This document shows, in pieces, positions 36,752 through 46,637 of a DNA stretch of 64,000 nucleotides (its first letter is position 1; each line of letters starts with the position of its first letter). Location: NCBI GenBank assembly GCA_966252115.1, contig CBINNW010000007.1, positions 2,142-66,141 of the forward strand. The letters run 5' to 3'. Both the position numbers and the translations under genes were made by a program. This DNA is from an uncultured Akkermansia sp. Lineage in GTDB: Bacteria; Verrucomicrobiota; Verrucomicrobiia; Opitutales; Opitutaceae. The notes beneath the pieces were generated by a model. That model did no database searches and was not told the DNA's origin. It saw only the letters and a list, made by a program, of their open reading frames with translations.

Positions 36752-36775
36752 GTAGCGTTGGCCGTCCCCGGCCAA
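36752..36775 (+). repeat. GTAGCG-prefixed hairpin (TTGGCCG-TCCC-CGGCCAA)
   Basis: Lies 53 nt after the speA stop. The 16-mer TGTAGCGTTGGCCGTC recurs at 63985-64000. Confidence 0.7.
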
Positions 36776-36810
36776 TTTCCTAGCTAGCAACCATAAACGA
36801 AAGGCAAGAC

Positions 36811-37287
36811 ATGGGATTATTCGACGCAGTTAAGTCGCTGAAAAACGCCATCACCGGTGGCGCGGCCAAAGTCTTCGTGGACATTGTTGACGCGAAAATA
36901 GATGAACCATTCGAGGTGGTCGTCCGAGCTGTCCCGCAAGGGTGCAATGTTCGGTATAGCCGGGTGTATCTGAGGATAAAAGGCCAGGAGTCGGTGGAGG
37001 TGCCCGATGTTGACATCACCTTTACACACGAAGGTAAGTCGCAAACACGCAGAGAGTTAATACGGAAGTCAGAGACGACGATTTCAATGGAACTCACGGT
37101 AGCCACAGCAGGTGAGTTGGTGAACGGCCAGGATGGAGAGTGGCGAATCAGCGTTAAATTACCCGAAGGTGCTGCACCTGAATTTAGGGGTAGGTTCGCG
37201 AAGCACGGCTATCTCGCTTACGCCGGGCTCGACTGTTCTGGAAATGATCCGGATTCGGGCTGGGTGCCATTCAGGGTTCGCGCGTAA
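36811..37287 (+). CDS. Spo0M-like / arrestin-fold small protein (tentative)
   Basis: 158 aa. The N-terminal GLFDAVKSLKNAITGGAAKVFVDIV.. resembles the SpoOM family start (F..lK.s.GiGAAKVDt). GC content is markedly lower than the neighbours. Confidence 0.45.
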   Translation: MGLFDAVKSLKNAITGGAAKVFVDIVDAKIDEPFEVVVRAVPQGCNVRYSRVYLRIKGQESVEVPDVDITFTHEGKSQTRRELIRKSETTISMELTVATAGELVNGQDGEWRISVKLPEGAAPEFRGRFAKHGYLAYAGLDCSGNDPDSGWVPFRVRA

Positions 37288-37294
37288 AAGAATA

Positions 37295-37364
37295 CCGAGC
37301 CCGACAAAGCGGTGGAGCCTTCCGGTGCCGCAACCGTTTCGCGTGAGGACAAGGGCTCGGTTTT
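37295..37364 (+). terminator. long imperfect hairpin plus U-tract after the Spo0M-like gene
   Basis: CCGAGCCC (37295) pairs with GGGCTCGG (37353), followed by TTTTGT. Confidence 0.4.
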
Positions 37365-37458
37365 GTCAAACTGGACGGCGTGCAAGCGTGGGACACTCGC
37401 TCACGCGGCTCCTCCGTGGCGCCCGCCGCGCTCCGCGCACCAAGCCCCCCTCACGCAC

Positions 37459-38889
37459 ATGCTCCAACCGCCTCCGTCCAGCAGAGATAAAGCCATCACC
37501 GACGAGGATTTTGAGCGCATAGACGCTGATCGGCGCCGCGCTCGCCGGCGCGGCCTTGCCTGGCTCTTCGGCGGCCTCGCCCTGATCTTCGGTCTGATCG
37601 TCTGGGGCCTCGTCGCCGACGAAGCTCCGCCCGACACCTCGGACCTTCGGGTGGTTTTCAAGCACCCGCCCGAGGACCAAAACACCTACGCGCTCCTGAC
37701 CAAACTCGTCGCCACCCTGCCTCCGGAGCTTGAACGAGCGACACCGGAAGGTAAGCAACTGCAGGACATGCTCTCGGGCGACGGCGCTTGGGACCGCGAC
37801 GCCGCCGTCGCCGAACTGAGCCGCTACGCGCCCGACCTCGCCGGTCAAGTCCTCCACGCCCTCGCCGCACCGGATTCCGAAGCCCCCGAATTAGACTCGT
37901 TCTTCGCGTCCCTGCCAGAGGTGGGCCCGATCCGGCACCTGTCACGCATCCTGACTCTTCGAGCGCAACTCGTCTGGCGCGACGGCGACCACTCCGGCGC
38001 GGCCGAGCTCAACCTGCTGACGCTGCGCCTCGGCCAACGTATATGCCAAAGCCGAGGCTACATCATCGTCACGCTCACGGGCACCGGAATCCAAAGCATC
38101 GCGCTCGATTCCATCCGCCGCCACGTGGACGCGCCCTCCATCGCCCCTTCCGTGCTCAAACGCTACATCGAGGCGATCCCCGCTTACGAAACCTCGATCC
38201 AAGACTACCATTACGCCTACAAACTTGAACACCACGGGGTAGCCAACCTACTGCTCACGTCCTTCGGTGGCGATAGCTCCCGCCTCACGGGTTCACCCAA
38301 AGTGTTTCTGTCATCCTTGGCGGTCGCTCCGGGAATCTATCAACCCAACCGCACCATCCGCTGGCACGCCGACTACATGCGCGCCCATCTCCAGCAGATC
38401 GAGCCAACGCCGCCCGGCACCCCCAACCGCCCCGGCGAGCAACTTCTGGCCATAACCGAGGCACCTTGGCCCCGTCGTCTGCAAAACTATACCGGTCGCA
38501 AACTGCTCGCTATCGTGGCCCCCGCCTTGGGACGCGTTACCCAAACATCCCACCGCTCCCGCGCCAACCTCCGTCTCACCCCGCTCTACGCCGCGCTGCG
38601 CCTCCACCACCTCGAACACGACGGCGCCCTCCCGGCGGATCTCTCCGCGCTCGTCCCCACCTACCTGCCCGCCATCCCCCTCGACCCCTTCGGCGGCGCG
38701 CCCCTGCGCTATGATCGAGACCTGACGACCATCTGGTCGATCGACGAGAAACACATCACCATCACCACCGCCGACGGCGATTTCCCCGAACGCGGCACGC
38801 CCGCCTTCCGCCTGCGCTTCGCCCGCCCCGCCGTCGCGACTGAAAGCGGCGATCCCGCAGACCATCCCAATTCAAACGCCACGCCTTAG
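37459..38889 (+). CDS. hypothetical membrane-anchored protein (N-terminal TM, about 430-aa helical extracytoplasmic part)
   Basis: ATG 37459 (MLQPPPSS..). Arg-rich stretch then the TM LAWLFGGLALIFGLIVWGLV. C-terminal LPADLSALVPTYLPAIPLDPFGGAPLRY motif. Family not recognised. Confidence 0.6.
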   Translation: MLQPPPSSRDKAITDEDFERIDADRRRARRRGLAWLFGGLALIFGLIVWGLVADEAPPDTSDLRVVFKHPPEDQNTYALLTKLVATLPPELERATPEGKQLQDMLSGDGAWDRDAAVAELSRYAPDLAGQVLHALAAPDSEAPELDSFFASLPEVGPIRHLSRILTLRAQLVWRDGDHSGAAELNLLTLRLGQRICQSRGYIIVTLTGTGIQSIALDSIRRHVDAPSIAPSVLKRYIEAIPAYETSIQDYHYAYKLEHHGVANLLLTSFGGDSSRLTGSPKVFLSSLAVAPGIYQPNRTIRWHADYMRAHLQQIEPTPPGTPNRPGEQLLAITEAPWPRRLQNYTGRKLLAIVAPALGRVTQTSHRSRANLRLTPLYAALRLHHLEHDGALPADLSALVPTYLPAIPLDPFGGAPLRYDRDLTTIWSIDEKHITITTADGDFPERGTPAFRLRFARPAVATESGDPADHPNSNATP

Positions 38890-38930
38890 CGATTGATACC
38901 AACACGGGACTTCGCTTTGTCCGCAAGCGC

Positions 38931-40238
38931 ATGAGCAAAGATCACTTTCGCGCCCGGCAACTGATCGCCCAAGATCGTCATTCCGAGGCCCTGATCCTCC
39001 TGCGCAAAGCGCGGGCCGAGTCCCCTTGGTCAAGCTGGGTCGCCCATGATCTGGCGATGACACTCACCCACGTGGGGCGCCCCCAGGAGGCCACCTCCGT
39101 CGCGGAGCAAATGATCGCCGACGATCCCGACGACGCCTTCGCCCATGCCACCCTCGGACTCGTGCAACTTCGACGAGAACTGGGTCGCGAAGGGGAAGAA
39201 TCCTTCACCCGCGCCCTCGCCCTTTCACCCAACGACGCCTCGATCCACGGGATGCTGGCTCGCGCTCATCTCGAACGCGGCAAGCCAGCCGAAGCCCTCG
39301 CCGCCACCGCCAACGGGCTCGCGCTCGAACCTGACAACGATATTTGCCTCAACTTCCACGCCCAAGCTCTCATCGCCCTTGGCCGTCACGAGGAAGCCCA
39401 AGCTGTTTCCGCCCGTTTGATCGAGCTGGATCCGCAAGACAGCCACAATCACGTGTTGCTCGGCCACCAAGCCGTCCTCTCCGGCCGGGCCGACGACGCT
39501 CTCACCCATTTCCGCGAGGCTCTGCGTCTCAGCCCTGGAAACGATGACGCCCGTCAGGGCCTCTCCCTTGCTCTCAAAGCACGCAGCCCCATCTTTTCGA
39601 ACCTCCTTCGCGGATTGCTCGCGCTCGACCGGCTGGGCCTCTGGACCCTACTCGGCCTGCTCGCCGTTTTCCTCTTCGGACTGCGCTTCTTGGAAAAAGG
39701 GTTGGCCGCGGACCCCGTCTGGTTGCCCGTTCTCGCCGCGGTAAAAATCGTTATCTACGTCACGTTTCTTATCTCGATCATCGCGCATCCCCTTTACGAT
39801 ACGCTGCTGAGCTTCGACCGCGACGGTCGCCTCGCCCTCTCGAACGACGAACTCCGCGCGACCCGGTGGCACCTGGCCGCTTTTGCGGTAATCGTGCTTT
39901 GCGTCTGCTGGGGCGCCACCGCCGCCAATCCACGCGCGGCGCACGGGATGGCGGTCAGTTTTGTCTTCGTCATAAAGCTGATTGCCGAAGTCTTCGGAGC
40001 CACCCCGGGCTATGTCCGCAAGCGTATGGCCGCCATAACCATCGGCATCGCCGCTTTCAGCGTTTTAATTCCCATAATCAAGGTCGTCCTGGTGGTGATC
40101 GCCCTTCGTTCCGCAAATGCAGTCACATCGCCGCTCATACACGTCGCGGTTCAACTTGGCCTTGTGCCCGTCTTGGTCGGCGGCTTCGCCGGCAACATCC
40201 GTGAACAGCTGGAACGTCGCCGCCCCGACGCGGACTAA
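38931..40238 (+). CDS. TPR-repeat protein fused to a polytopic (about 6 TM) membrane domain
   Basis: The N-terminal 220 aa are 34-residue TPR-like repeats (..ALALSPNDASIH.., ..LIELDPQDSHNH.., ..ALRLSPGNDDAR..). The C-terminal half is hydrophobic helices. Confidence 0.75.
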   Translation: MSKDHFRARQLIAQDRHSEALILLRKARAESPWSSWVAHDLAMTLTHVGRPQEATSVAEQMIADDPDDAFAHATLGLVQLRRELGREGEESFTRALALSPNDASIHGMLARAHLERGKPAEALAATANGLALEPDNDICLNFHAQALIALGRHEEAQAVSARLIELDPQDSHNHVLLGHQAVLSGRADDALTHFREALRLSPGNDDARQGLSLALKARSPIFSNLLRGLLALDRLGLWTLLGLLAVFLFGLRFLEKGLAADPVWLPVLAAVKIVIYVTFLISIIAHPLYDTLLSFDRDGRLALSNDELRATRWHLAAFAVIVLCVCWGATAANPRAAHGMAVSFVFVIKLIAEVFGATPGYVRKRMAAITIGIAAFSVLIPIIKVVLVVIALRSANAVTSPLIHVAVQLGLVPVLVGGFAGNIREQLERRRPDAD

Positions 40239-40326
40239 TCGAACCGCTCCTCCGCCTGCTTGCCCGAGGGATGATCCGCCTTCACGCGTAAAACCGGGCA
40301 CAGCCTGTTCTCAAGTTCCCCGTCCC

Positions 40327-40644
40327 ATGCACCCGCCGCCCGATCCCCTTTCCGCCCTCCTGCGCCGCGCCGACCCGGCGGCCGGCGCGGTCGGCCCGTC
40401 CCCATCCGACTTCGCCGCCGCCGTCCATCGGCGTATCCAACTTGCCGATACCGCTCCGCTCCGCGCCCCCGGCGCCCGCCGCCTCCGGCTGCTTTATCCG
40501 CTCGCCGCCGCCCTCGCCCTGATGGCTTCGCTCGGCTTGGGCGCGGGTCTCGCCCTCTCCCGCGAACGCGAGTCCCGCGCCGCCACCTACGCCGCCGCCT
40601 ACGTGCGCAGCATCGATCCCTGGACCATGCACGGCGGCCACTGA
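40327..40644 (+). CDS. small single-TM protein (possible anti-sigma component)
   Basis: 105 aa from ATG 40327 with the TM LLYPLAAALALMASLGLGAGLAL. Assigned by context with the downstream ECF sigma only. Confidence 0.4.
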   Translation: MHPPPDPLSALLRRADPAAGAVGPSPSDFAAAVHRRIQLADTAPLRAPGARRLRLLYPLAAALALMASLGLGAGLALSRERESRAATYAAAYVRSIDPWTMHGGH

Positions 40645-40804
40645 CTCGCCGCGACGAGTCCGCCCGCTCCGCGCCACACCACACGCCCACCGCGCTCCTC
40701 CCCTCGCGCTCCTCCCCCGCTCCCGAGTCTCGGGCATCCGCACCTCCTTCGACACCCCCGGCACCGGCCCCACCCATCCCCCGCCCCGCCCGCCCGCTCG
40801 CACG

Positions 40805-40860
40805 CCTCCGTGACCTCCGTGTCCGAGCTCCGTGCTCTCCGTGACAGAACCTCCGTCTCC
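40805..40860. repeat. solo right arm of the CACGGAG-unit element
   Basis: CCTCCGTGACCTCCGTGTCCGAGCTCCGTGCTCTCCGTGACAGAACCTCCGTCTCC. Confidence 0.75.
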
Positions 40861-41368
40861 TCGTCCCCGCAGCCCCCTCTCAGCCCCACACAGCCGCCTC
40901 CTCCCCTCGTCCGTGCCCCTCCGCCTCCTCCAACTCGCGCTGCTCGTGACCGTCGCCGCCCTGCTCGGCTACGGCCTCACCCGCGTCGTCCTGGCGCCGC
41001 CGCCCACCGCGCCCGCCATGGCCGACCAGCTCGCCTGGCTCGCCCGCGAATTTCGCCTCACCCCGGCGCAGGCCGCCGAAATCTCCCGCGTCCAGGCGGC
41101 CTACGATCCCATCTGCGCCGAGCACTGCGCCGCCGTCATCGCCGCCCGCGACACCCTCGCCGCCGCCACCACCCCGGAGCAACGCGCCGCCGCCCAGACC
41201 GAGCTCGGCCGCCTGGAAAAAATCTGCGCCGACGCCACCCGCGCCCATCTCCGCAACGTCGCCGCCGCGCTGCCCGCCGACCAGTCCGCGCGTTTCCTGG
41301 AAATGATGGAACCGCACCTCGCCAATCGCACCCACGACGGCGCCCCCTCCCTCGACGGCCGTCCATGA
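40832..41368 (+). CDS. periplasmic Spy/CpxP/ZraP-like protein (tentative)
   Basis: Signal-anchor LLQLALLVTVAALLGYGL followed by helical LTPAQAAEI.. repeats. The track start lies in the repeat arm, so the true start is probably GTG near 40909. Confidence 0.45.
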   Translation: MLSVTEPPSPRPRSPLSAPHSRLLPSSVPLRLLQLALLVTVAALLGYGLTRVVLAPPPTAPAMADQLAWLAREFRLTPAQAAEISRVQAAYDPICAEHCAAVIAARDTLAAATTPEQRAAAQTELGRLEKICADATRAHLRNVAAALPADQSARFLEMMEPHLANRTHDGAPSLDGRP

Positions 41369-42027
41369 GTTCACCGGCCTCGCCTCGTCCCTCTCCCGCG
41401 CCCGACGCGCACGCCGCCGGGCCCGCCGAACCGACCGACGAGCACCTCATGACCGCGCTCGCCGCGGGCGAAGTTGCCGCGCTGGACGCCCTGATGCTCC
41501 GCTGGCAGCGCCCGCTCCGGAGCTTCCTCCTCCGTCACCTCGGCAACGAGGCCGATGCCCTCGACCTCGCCCAGGAGACCTTCGTGCGCCTGCACCGCCA
41601 CCGCGCCCGCTACCGCCCGGGCGCCCGCTTCAGCACCTGGATGTTCCAGATCGCGCTCAACCTCGCCCGCGACCACGCCCGCAAAAACACCCGCCGCCGC
41701 ACCTCCTCCCTCGACGCCCTGCTCACCCCGCCCGCCGCCGACTCCTCCGGCACTTCGGGCTCGCCCCCGCCATCCCGGCAATTCGCGGACGACGCGCCCT
41801 CGCCCGCCGACTCCGCCCGCCACGCCGAGGAGGTCGCCGCCGTTCGCGCCGCCCTCGCGGAGCTCCCCGAGGACCTCCGCGCCGTCGTCACCCTTTTCGA
41901 ATACGAACGCCTGCCCCACGCCGAGATCGCCGCCATCGTCGGCGCCACGCCCAAGGCCGTCGAAACCCGCCTCTATCGCGCCCGCGAAAAACTCCGCGCC
42001 GCCCTCCTCCCCTGGCTGCGCGCCTAA
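41365..42027 (+). CDS. ECF-type RNA polymerase sigma factor
   Basis: Region 2 DALDLAQETFVRLH and FSTWMFQIALNLARD. Region 4 LPHAEIAAIVGATPKAVETRLYRAREKL. ATGA overlap with the upstream gene. Confidence 0.9.
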   Translation: MSSPASPRPSPAPDAHAAGPAEPTDEHLMTALAAGEVAALDALMLRWQRPLRSFLLRHLGNEADALDLAQETFVRLHRHRARYRPGARFSTWMFQIALNLARDHARKNTRRRTSSLDALLTPPAADSSGTSGSPPPSRQFADDAPSPADSARHAEEVAAVRAALAELPEDLRAVVTLFEYERLPHAEIAAIVGATPKAVETRLYRAREKLRAALLPWLRA

Positions 42028-42191
42028 GCCGCAACCATTCAGTCGAGAGGGTCGTATCGCGGCAATCTGGCGGCACCTTCCAGTGGCTCTCTTCCGGCGA
42101 AATACCCTCCGGGTATTCCTTGGTCGTTCGCCTCTGAAATCTGCTCGCCATCTTGCCCCGCTACTCCGCCTTCGACTGCATGGTTACGGCT
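42027..42191 (+). mobile_element. 165-bp element with 20-bp terminal inverted repeats, copy 1
   Basis: AGCCGCAACCATTCAGTCGA ... TCGACTGCATGGTTACGGCT. About 80% identical to 44379-44541. Starts on the last base of the sigma-factor stop codon. Confidence 0.65.
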
Positions 42192-42377
42192 GAGCTCCCC
42201 GCCTCGCCGCCTCCCCGGCCCCTTGGACTGCGGCGGCATGACGCCGCCTCCGACGAGCCGACACGTCGGCTCGCCCCGCGCCCCCCGCGCCCCTCCGCGC
42301 CCCCCCACGCCCCCATCCTCCACCGCCCGCTTTCGACATTGCCCGATCCCTCCGCCGCGAAGGATCGTTTCCCCATC

Positions 42378-43745
42378 ATGGCGCTCCTCTCCATCAACCC
42401 CGCCACCGGCCAGGTCGTCGCCCGCCACGCCCCGCACTCCAAACGCGAAATCGAGCGCCGCCTCGCCGCCGCCCACGCCGCGTCCGAGACCTGGCGCGCC
42501 ACCACCGCCGCCGTCCGCGCCCGGCACCTGCGCGCCCTCGCCGCCGCGCTCCATCGCGAGCGCCACGCCCTCGCCGAACTCATGGCCTCGGAGATGGGCA
42601 AACCCCTCGCCGACGGCCTCGCCGAAGTGGCCAAATGCGCCGACTGCTGCCGCCACCACGCCCGCCACGGCGCCGCCCTCCTCCGCCCCGAAACCCCGCC
42701 CTTCGCGCCCGCCGGGGTGAGCGTCGTTTACGAGCCCCTCGGCGTCATTCTCGGCATCATGCCGTGGAACTATCCGCTTTGGCAGGTCATCCGCGCCGCC
42801 GTGCCCGCCCTCGTCGCCGGCAACGTCCTCCTCGTCAAACACGCCAGCAACGTCTGCGGCACCGCCCTCGCCCTCTGCGCCCTCGCCCGCCGCGCCGGCC
42901 TGCCCGAGGGCGTCCTCGACTGCGTGCTCGCCCCCGGCGAGGCCATCGGCGCGCTCGTCGCCGACCCCCGCGTGCGCGGCGTCACCCTCACCGGCAGCAC
43001 CGCCGCCGGCCGCAAGGTCGCCGCCCTCGCCGGCCAGGCACTCAAGCCCTTCGTCGGCGAGCTCGGCGGCAGCGATCCCTACCTCGTTTTGCCCGACGCC
43101 GACCTGCCCGCCGCCGCCCGCGCCTGCGCCGACGCGCGCCTGGTGAACAATGGCCAGAGCTGCGTCGCCGCCAAACGTTTCCTCGTCCACGCCAAGGTCG
43201 CCGAAGAGTTCACCCGCCTGCTCGCCCGATCGATGTCGGGACGCGTGCTGGGCGATCCCTTCACCCCCGGCGTCCAGCTCGGCCCGCTCGCCCGAGCCGA
43301 CCTGCGCGACGAGTTGCACGAACAGGTGAAAAAATCCGTCCGCCGCGGCGCCCGCCTGGTCATGGGCGGAGAGATCCCCGACGGACCCGGCGCCTTTTAT
43401 CCGCCCACCATCCTCGCCGACGTCGCTCCCGGAATGCCGGCCGCCGACGAGGAGCTCTTCGGCCCCGTCGCCGCCATCGAGAGCGCGCCCGACGAGGACG
43501 CCCTGGTCGCCGCCGCCAACCGCACCGCCTACGGCCTCGGAGCCGCCATCTTCACCCGCGACGCCCGGCGCGCCCGCGCGACGCTCGTGCCCCGCATCCG
43601 CGCCGGCATGGTTTTCGTCAACCACGCCGTCCGCTCCCACGTCGCCGTCCCCTTCGGCGGCACCCGCGACTCCGGCCTCGGCCGCGAGCTCGGCCCCGCC
43701 GGCGTCCGCGCCTTCACCAATCCCAAAACCGTCTGGCCGGCCTGA
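42378..43745 (+). CDS. NAD(P)-dependent aldehyde dehydrogenase (succinate-semialdehyde dehydrogenase-like, 455-aa class)
   Basis: ELGGSDP and NNGQSCVAAKRF (catalytic Cys) motifs. ATG 42378. Confidence 0.9.
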   Translation: MALLSINPATGQVVARHAPHSKREIERRLAAAHAASETWRATTAAVRARHLRALAAALHRERHALAELMASEMGKPLADGLAEVAKCADCCRHHARHGAALLRPETPPFAPAGVSVVYEPLGVILGIMPWNYPLWQVIRAAVPALVAGNVLLVKHASNVCGTALALCALARRAGLPEGVLDCVLAPGEAIGALVADPRVRGVTLTGSTAAGRKVAALAGQALKPFVGELGGSDPYLVLPDADLPAAARACADARLVNNGQSCVAAKRFLVHAKVAEEFTRLLARSMSGRVLGDPFTPGVQLGPLARADLRDELHEQVKKSVRRGARLVMGGEIPDGPGAFYPPTILADVAPGMPAADEELFGPVAAIESAPDEDALVAAANRTAYGLGAAIFTRDARRARATLVPRIRAGMVFVNHAVRSHVAVPFGGTRDSGLGRELGPAGVRAFTNPKTVWPA

Positions 43746-43809
43746 ACGTCCCGCCTCGCCGCGCGGCCACCATCGACCGGCGATTCCTCACGCCGCCGCT
43801 CCGGCCACT

Positions 43810-44220
43810 TCAAGCCAAGGCCGCGCCAAACTCCGCGTCCTCGTGCAGCGGCGCGGAGCGCGCATCTCCGCCATGCGCGCCCATGCCGAGCACGCCGGCC
43901 GTGGCCACGCGCCATTCGCGCGCCAGCCGTCTCGCCGCCACGTCCCAATCAAAACGCTCCGTCGTCGGATAAATCGCCCCTTCGCCCAGCTCCCGGCCAT
44001 CGACACCGAGAAACCGTGCGCGCACACAGAGCTGTCCGTCGGCCAGCAGAAAATTTTGCACCACCAAGCCACCCGCCGGACGCCCGGCCGTGTCGGCGAG
44101 ACTCAAACGCGCCACGCCCCGCCGGTAATCCGCCGAGCGGCCCGCCGCGCGCACCGCGCCCGGCCCGCGCGAAAGCTCCGCCTCCACCGAGGAAAGCAGC
44201 GACAACAAGCGCGGGGACAT
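43810..44220 (-). CDS. hypothetical protein (136 aa)
   Basis: ATG 44220 (MSPRLLSLL..). The sequence is not Arg/Gly shadow-like (..IYPTTERFDWDVAARRLAREW..). No family recognised. Confidence 0.4.
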   Translation of the reverse strand: MSPRLLSLLSSVEAELSRGPGAVRAAGRSADYRRGVARLSLADTAGRPAGGLVVQNFLLADGQLCVRARFLGVDGRELGEGAIYPTTERFDWDVAARRLAREWRVATAGVLGMGAHGGDARSAPLHEDAEFGAALA

Positions 44221-44378
44221 GGAGGGAGTTTGCGGCACCGTCCTTCTCCATCGGCCACCTCGCCCCCGACTTGAGCGGAAAAGCCGAAGAAAAACGCCTC
44301 CGCTCGCACCCCGCGACAGCACTCCCGGGTTGCGGCAATCGCAAACCGACCGTTACCTTGAGCTTCCGGGTTTCACCC

Positions 44379-44541
44379 AGCCGTAATAATACAGTCGAGC
44401 AGGTCGCATCGAGGTGATCTGGCGGCACCTTTCAGAGGCGCGCTCCCAGCGAAATGCTCCGGGTATTCCTCGGTCGCTTGCCTCCGAAATGCGCTCGCCA
44501 TCTCATCCCGCTACTCCCCTTTCGACTGAATTGTTCCGGCT
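44379..44541 (+). mobile_element. 163-bp element with 20-bp terminal inverted repeats, copy 2
   Basis: AGCCGTAATAATACAGTCGA ... TCGACTGAATTGTTCCGGCT. Same orientation as copy 1. Confidence 0.65.
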
Positions 44542-44614
44542 TACGTTTTGATCCTTTCCGCCCGTCCGGGCCCGACCCACCCTACCGCTCCCGCCCCGCC
44601 CGTCCCTCCGCCCA

Positions 44615-46393
<1,779 letters not shown>

Positions 46394-46451
46394 GCCGCGC
46401 GAAGGACGAACGGCGATCACCACCCCCAGACCGGAAGCGATGTCACGGCAT

Positions 46452-46529
46452 GGGGGGCGGGACCGCCGGGCCCGCCGCGCCGGCCAGCTCGTTTCGTCAC
46501 GCTCTCGGCGCGCCCGGCGGTCGCGCCCT
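46452..46529 (-). repeat. GC-rich dyad element, copy 3 (diverged centre)
   Basis: GGGGGGCGGGACCGCCGGGCCCGCC...GGCGCGCCCGGCGGTCGCGCCCT. Confidence 0.7.
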
Positions 46530-46543
46530 TGTTGCTACCTTCC

Positions 46544-46569
46544 TGAATTGCCGAGAGCCGACATCGTTT
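46544..46569 (+). promoter_or_regulatory. candidate ECF-type promoter (AAT-N16-CGT) upstream of the ECF sigma gene
   Basis: TGAATT-N15-CGTTT, 70-90 nt upstream of the 46638/46656 starts. Matched by pattern only. Confidence 0.25.
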
Positions 46570-46637
46570 CCCGTTACACCCCGGAGGCGCGACCGGCCCG
46601 CGCGCCGCGATTGCCAAAAGCGCCGCCCCCGTTCTAG

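Noticed and set aside
36700-40330. Integrase, transposase, att-type direct repeats or a tRNA at the borders of the low-GC insertion.
   Set aside because: None found by eye. The only tRNA in the window is 25 kb away, and the border sequences share no direct repeat of 10 nt or more that I could see.
42027-42191. A riboswitch or 5'-UTR RNA upstream of the ALDH gene, with its twin upstream of the NtrC-type gene.
   Set aside because: It has 20-bp terminal inverted repeats. Differences between the copies are non-compensatory (a hairpin destroyed by an indel). The downstream genes are unrelated. It is better explained as a MITE-like repeat, though an Rfam scan is still advisable.
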